Shown here: one piece after another, positions 55,290 to 58,498 of the stretch
Position numbering within the stretch: the stretch's first letter is position 1
Layout of the letters: each line of letters begins with the position of its first letter
Assembly (NCBI GenBank): GCA_017462545.1
Contig: JAFTQX010000019.1
Coordinates: 1 to 58,498, forward strand
Source of the DNA: Clostridia bacterium
GTDB taxonomy: Bacteria > Bacillota > Clostridia > Oscillospirales > CAG-272
Reading direction: 5' to 3'
Length of the DNA stretch: 58,498 nucleotides
Made by a program: the position numbers and the translations under genes
Notes under the pieces: model-generated
The model's input: only the letters and a program-made list of their open reading frames with translations
What the model was told of the DNA's origin: nothing
Databases searched by the model: none

Positions 55290-56822
55290 TTATTTCGGTG
55301 CCAGCATCATGAGTGCCGCCTCCATCGCGGCATCTACATCCAGCGGCAGGGTATAAATGGACTGATCGACATAGGCGGGGTCAAGCGGCGCCTCGATATC
55401 CGGGTGCACGCCAAAGCCATGATAGCTCTTGCCCGAGGGGGGCAGATAGCCGGCCACGGTGATCGTCATATACGCGCCGTTTTCCAGCTCATAGCCGGTC
55501 TGCATCGTGCCCTTGCCAAAGCTGGTCTCGCCGATCAGCGTGGCATATTCGTGGTCGCGCAGCGCAGCGCAGAAAAGCTCGGCGGCCGAGGCGGTGCGGC
55601 GGTTTTGCAGCACCACGAGGGGAAGCTCGACGGCCTCATCTGTCTCGCTGTAACGCGGCTCGCGCGCGTTATGCTCGTTGCCGAATTCATAGCTGATGAG
55701 CAGCTTGCCTGCCGGCAGCAGGATATCCAAGGTGTCAAGAATGGCGGTCAGCGAGCCGCCGGTGTTGTCGCGCACGTCAAAGATCAGCGCGTCGATCCCC
55801 GCGGCCTGCAGCTTTTTCAGCGCGCCGCGCAGCTGCTCGGCGGTGCGGTTGTTAAAGGTGAGGAGACGGATATAGCCGATCTTTTTGCCGTTCCCCTCAT
55901 AGGTACGGGTGATCAGCACGTCGGCGGTGACGGCACGGCGGGTCGCAACCAGCGTAAGCACCTCATCACCGCGCTTCACAGTCAGCGTGATGGCGGTATT
56001 CGGCTCGCCGGCCACTCGGGCAACGGCATCGTCATAGCCCACATCGGCCACGCGCACACCATCCACCACGGTGATGCGGTCGCCTGCCCGCAGCCCTGCC
56101 TCCATTGCGGGAGAGGTGGAATGCACATGGAGCACGAGAATGGCATCCCCCTCCGGGGCGGCCATGCTCACAACGCCAATGCCGCAGCGGATGTTGGCGT
56201 TCATCTGATCGGTAAACGCGAGGTATTCCTCGGGGGTATAGTAGGTGGCGTAAACGTCACCTGCCGCGCGGATGTAGCCCTCCAGCATCTCCTCCTCGGC
56301 GGCGGCAGCGGACGGTGCCTCTCCCGCATAGTTGGTGCGGTAAAGGAAGTCAACAAACAGCAGCCGCTCCGCCGTGGAGACAAAGCTGTTTGCATAGCGG
56401 GCCATATAAGCATCCACCTCCTCCTGCACATACGCAGGGCGCGAGGCACCCGCCTCGGCATTCTGCCGCGTAAGCGCCTTGGTCAGCAAGAGACGCAGGC
56501 AGTCCTCTGCCGTGCCCTCTGCCGAGCCGGTGATGGTGATCAGCCGATTGGTAAGCGTCTCGACCTGTGTTGTCAGCGAGGCAAGCTCTGTCTCGGCGGC
56601 GGCAAGGCGGGAGGAAAGCTCGGAGATCTGCGCATCCCGCGAGGAAATGAGAAGATCATATTCCTCCTTCATGGCGGTGGTGGTTTCCCCAAGCTCCTTT
56701 TTATGGGCGGAAAAGATCGAATAGTAACAGAACTGATAGGTCGTCAGCGAGGCGAAGATGACGCACAGCAGCACACACAGCACCGCGCGGCCAACCGAAA
56801 CTCGCTTGATTTTCTCGTTCAT
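55290..56822 (-). CDS. S41 C-terminal processing protease with PDZ domain and N-terminal coiled coil
   Basis: TM segment, coiled coil, GIGV..SPA..AGLRAGD (PDZ), DVRDNTGG, TASAAE and SFGKG motifs. Confidence 0.9.
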   Translation of the reverse strand: MNEKIKRVSVGRAVLCVLLCVIFASLTTYQFCYYSIFSAHKKELGETTTAMKEEYDLLISSRDAQISELSSRLAAAETELASLTTQVETLTNRLITITGSAEGTAEDCLRLLLTKALTRQNAEAGASRPAYVQEEVDAYMARYANSFVSTAERLLFVDFLYRTNYAGEAPSAAAAEEEMLEGYIRAAGDVYATYYTPEEYLAFTDQMNANIRCGIGVVSMAAPEGDAILVLHVHSTSPAMEAGLRAGDRITVVDGVRVADVGYDDAVARVAGEPNTAITLTVKRGDEVLTLVATRRAVTADVLITRTYEGNGKKIGYIRLLTFNNRTAEQLRGALKKLQAAGIDALIFDVRDNTGGSLTAILDTLDILLPAGKLLISYEFGNEHNAREPRYSETDEAVELPLVVLQNRRTASAAELFCAALRDHEYATLIGETSFGKGTMQTGYELENGAYMTITVAGYLPPSGKSYHGFGVHPDIEAPLDPAYVDQSIYTLPLDVDAAMEAALMMLAPK

Positions 56823-56938
56823 ACATCCTCCTATGGTGGCGGGCTGCCCTGCCGCGCGTTTTCGCGCTAAACGACAATACACCCCCGGCGCCGGTTTTCA
56901 CCGCGCCGGGGTGCTTTGGCAGCCACAAGGGCTATGTA

Positions 56939-58024
56939 TCAGAATTTTACCGGCTTGCTTGTCAGGTACTTCTTGACCATCAAGGCAACCTTGAAGGTGA
57001 TGGCGTGATCAAACTCACGCAGATCAAGCCCGGTCAGCTTGCGGATCTTCTCCAACCGATAGACCAGGGTATTACGGTGCACAAACAGCTTGCGCGAGGT
57101 CTCGGAAACATTGAGGTTGTTTTCAAAGAAGGCCTGCACGGTCATCAGCGTCTCGCGATCAAGCGATTCGATAGAGCCCTTCTTGAACACCTCCTGCAAA
57201 AAGATGTCGCACAGGGTGTTGGGAAGCTGGTAGACCAAACGCCCGATACCCAGATTCTCATAGCTGACGATGGTCTTTTCGGTATCAAAGACCTTGCCGA
57301 CCTCAATGGCCACACGCGCCTCCTTATAAGCACGCGCCAGATCCTTGAGGTTATCGACCACAGTGGAAATACCGATGGCGACCTTGGCATAGAACTCGGT
57401 GTTCAACGTTTCGGCAATGCCGGCGGCCAGTGCCTCCATTTCCGAGATCTCGCAGTCCTCATTGACCTCCTTGACCACCACAATGTCCTGCTCGCCCACG
57501 TTGATGACATAATCATGCGAGCGGTCGGGGAACAGCCCCTGCACCATCTCAAAGGGCAGCACATCGGTGTGGCCGAAGAACTTCATTAAGAATACGATCC
57601 GCTGCTCCTCGCCCGAGAAGCGCAGCTCCTTGCTCTTAACAAAAATGTCGCTTGGCAGAATGTTGTCCAGAATGATGTTCTTGATAAAGGAAGAACGGTC
57701 ATATTTCTCATCATACAGGTTGCGGATGTTCGCAAAGGAAATGGCAAGCACGGCCGCCATCCGCTGTGCAAACGTATCATCTCCCGAAACAAAGGCCACG
57801 CAATCGCTGCGGCCTGCCACCGTGATCTGATGATAGGTATAGCCGCCGAACACGGCCTGCCCATCGGTATAGATGATCTCATCTCGGATAGAGCCGCAGG
57901 GCTCGCCGATCCGCTGCGGATCGCTGCATGCGGCAATGATGCCGTTCTCATCGATGACACCAAACGGGCGATCGATGGCATCCTTCATTTGGTGAACAAC
58001 GCTCTGGTAGAGTCTGTTAGGCAT
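56939..58024 (-). CDS. CdaR/PucR-family transcriptional regulator
   Basis: C-terminal HTH NLNVSETSRKLFVHRNTLVYRLEKI..TGLDL. Confidence 0.92.
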   Translation of the reverse strand: MPNRLYQSVVHQMKDAIDRPFGVIDENGIIAACSDPQRIGEPCGSIRDEIIYTDGQAVFGGYTYHQITVAGRSDCVAFVSGDDTFAQRMAAVLAISFANIRNLYDEKYDRSSFIKNIILDNILPSDIFVKSKELRFSGEEQRIVFLMKFFGHTDVLPFEMVQGLFPDRSHDYVINVGEQDIVVVKEVNEDCEISEMEALAAGIAETLNTEFYAKVAIGISTVVDNLKDLARAYKEARVAIEVGKVFDTEKTIVSYENLGIGRLVYQLPNTLCDIFLQEVFKKGSIESLDRETLMTVQAFFENNLNVSETSRKLFVHRNTLVYRLEKIRKLTGLDLREFDHAITFKVALMVKKYLTSKPVKF

Positions 58025-58224
58025 AGTTATCTCCTCTGCATCTATCATATGCTTTTGGTCATACTGCATATTATTTTAACCTATTTTTTGTGATTTTTCA
58101 ATAGGTAAATTGAATTTTTTTATGGAAATCGCACGAAAATTGCAAAAATTTTTATACAAAACGCCAAAAGGTAAAAAACACCCCCTTTTTCCTTTCTTTC
58201 GGGCGATGCTCGTTTACGCGAACA

Positions 58225-58326
58225 AAGTCATGACCACCGGCCGCGCCGGTGGCTTGCACTAGCCCCCTTGGGGCCTATTCCCAGCAGAGCCTATAGGCTC
58301 ATAAAAGTCCGTCACGCGCATGACTT
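58225..58326. repeat. Multi-hairpin MITE/REP-like element
   Basis: Terminal inverted repeat AAGTCATG/CATGACTT enclosing CCACCGGC/GCCGGTGG, GCCCC/GGGGC and GAGCCTATAGGCTC hairpins. Confidence 0.55.
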
Positions 58327-58358
58327 GCCCCACCGCCACAAATGTGGAATTTGTCAAC

Positions 58359-58498
58359 GCCTCCCTTGTGTAAAGGGAGGTGGCACGACACCATCAGGTG
58401 GCGTGACGGAGGGATTGTTGCTCTTTCCATCCCCTGTTTTTTCCTCGTTTCATTACCCCCGGAACAATCCCTCAGTCAGCTACGCTGACAGCTCCCGC
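58359..58498. repeat. CCTCCCTT..AAGGGAGG family palindromic repeat (inverted pair, ends at the window edge)
   Basis: CCTCCCTTGTGTAAAGGGAGG..GACGGAGGGATTGTT and the inverted AACAATCCCTCAGTCAGC..GCTGACAGCTCCC. Confidence 0.7.

Overview
GC-rich chromosomal window, most likely from an anaerobic Clostridia-class bacterium (inferred from gene content and sigma-A type promoters). Most of it is housekeeping: 5' part of pyruvate:ferredoxin oxidoreductase, trpS, recA-recX, miaA, yggS-sepF-yggT-lspA-rluD, an ABC-F protein, radC, rbfA-nrnA, a Pit transporter, holA, adhE, lysS, greA and an S41 protease. I found no rRNA, tRNA, CRISPR-cas locus or intact transposase. Three things stand out. (1) Two paralogous operons each encode a giant secreted repeat protein (about 1369 and 1563 aa) followed immediately by a 38-aa peptide missing from the ORF track (MKKYEAPLCE..DVLMASDENELAIDKLSSIFDF). 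The two peptides are 36/38 identical, with 14 synonymous and 2 non-synonymous codon differences. (2) A ~1.06-kb minus-strand unit (about 23671 to 22611) has a near-consensus promoter and a terminator but no credible long ORF. It carries five copies of an SD-AUG cassette opening micro-ORFs, plus 16S-like anti-SD motifs. (3) Palindromic REP-like elements are reciprocally nested at two loci. Several enzymes (MinD, MgsA, a ribokinase) lack canonical catalytic motifs. All product calls come from motif recognition by eye; no database searches were run.
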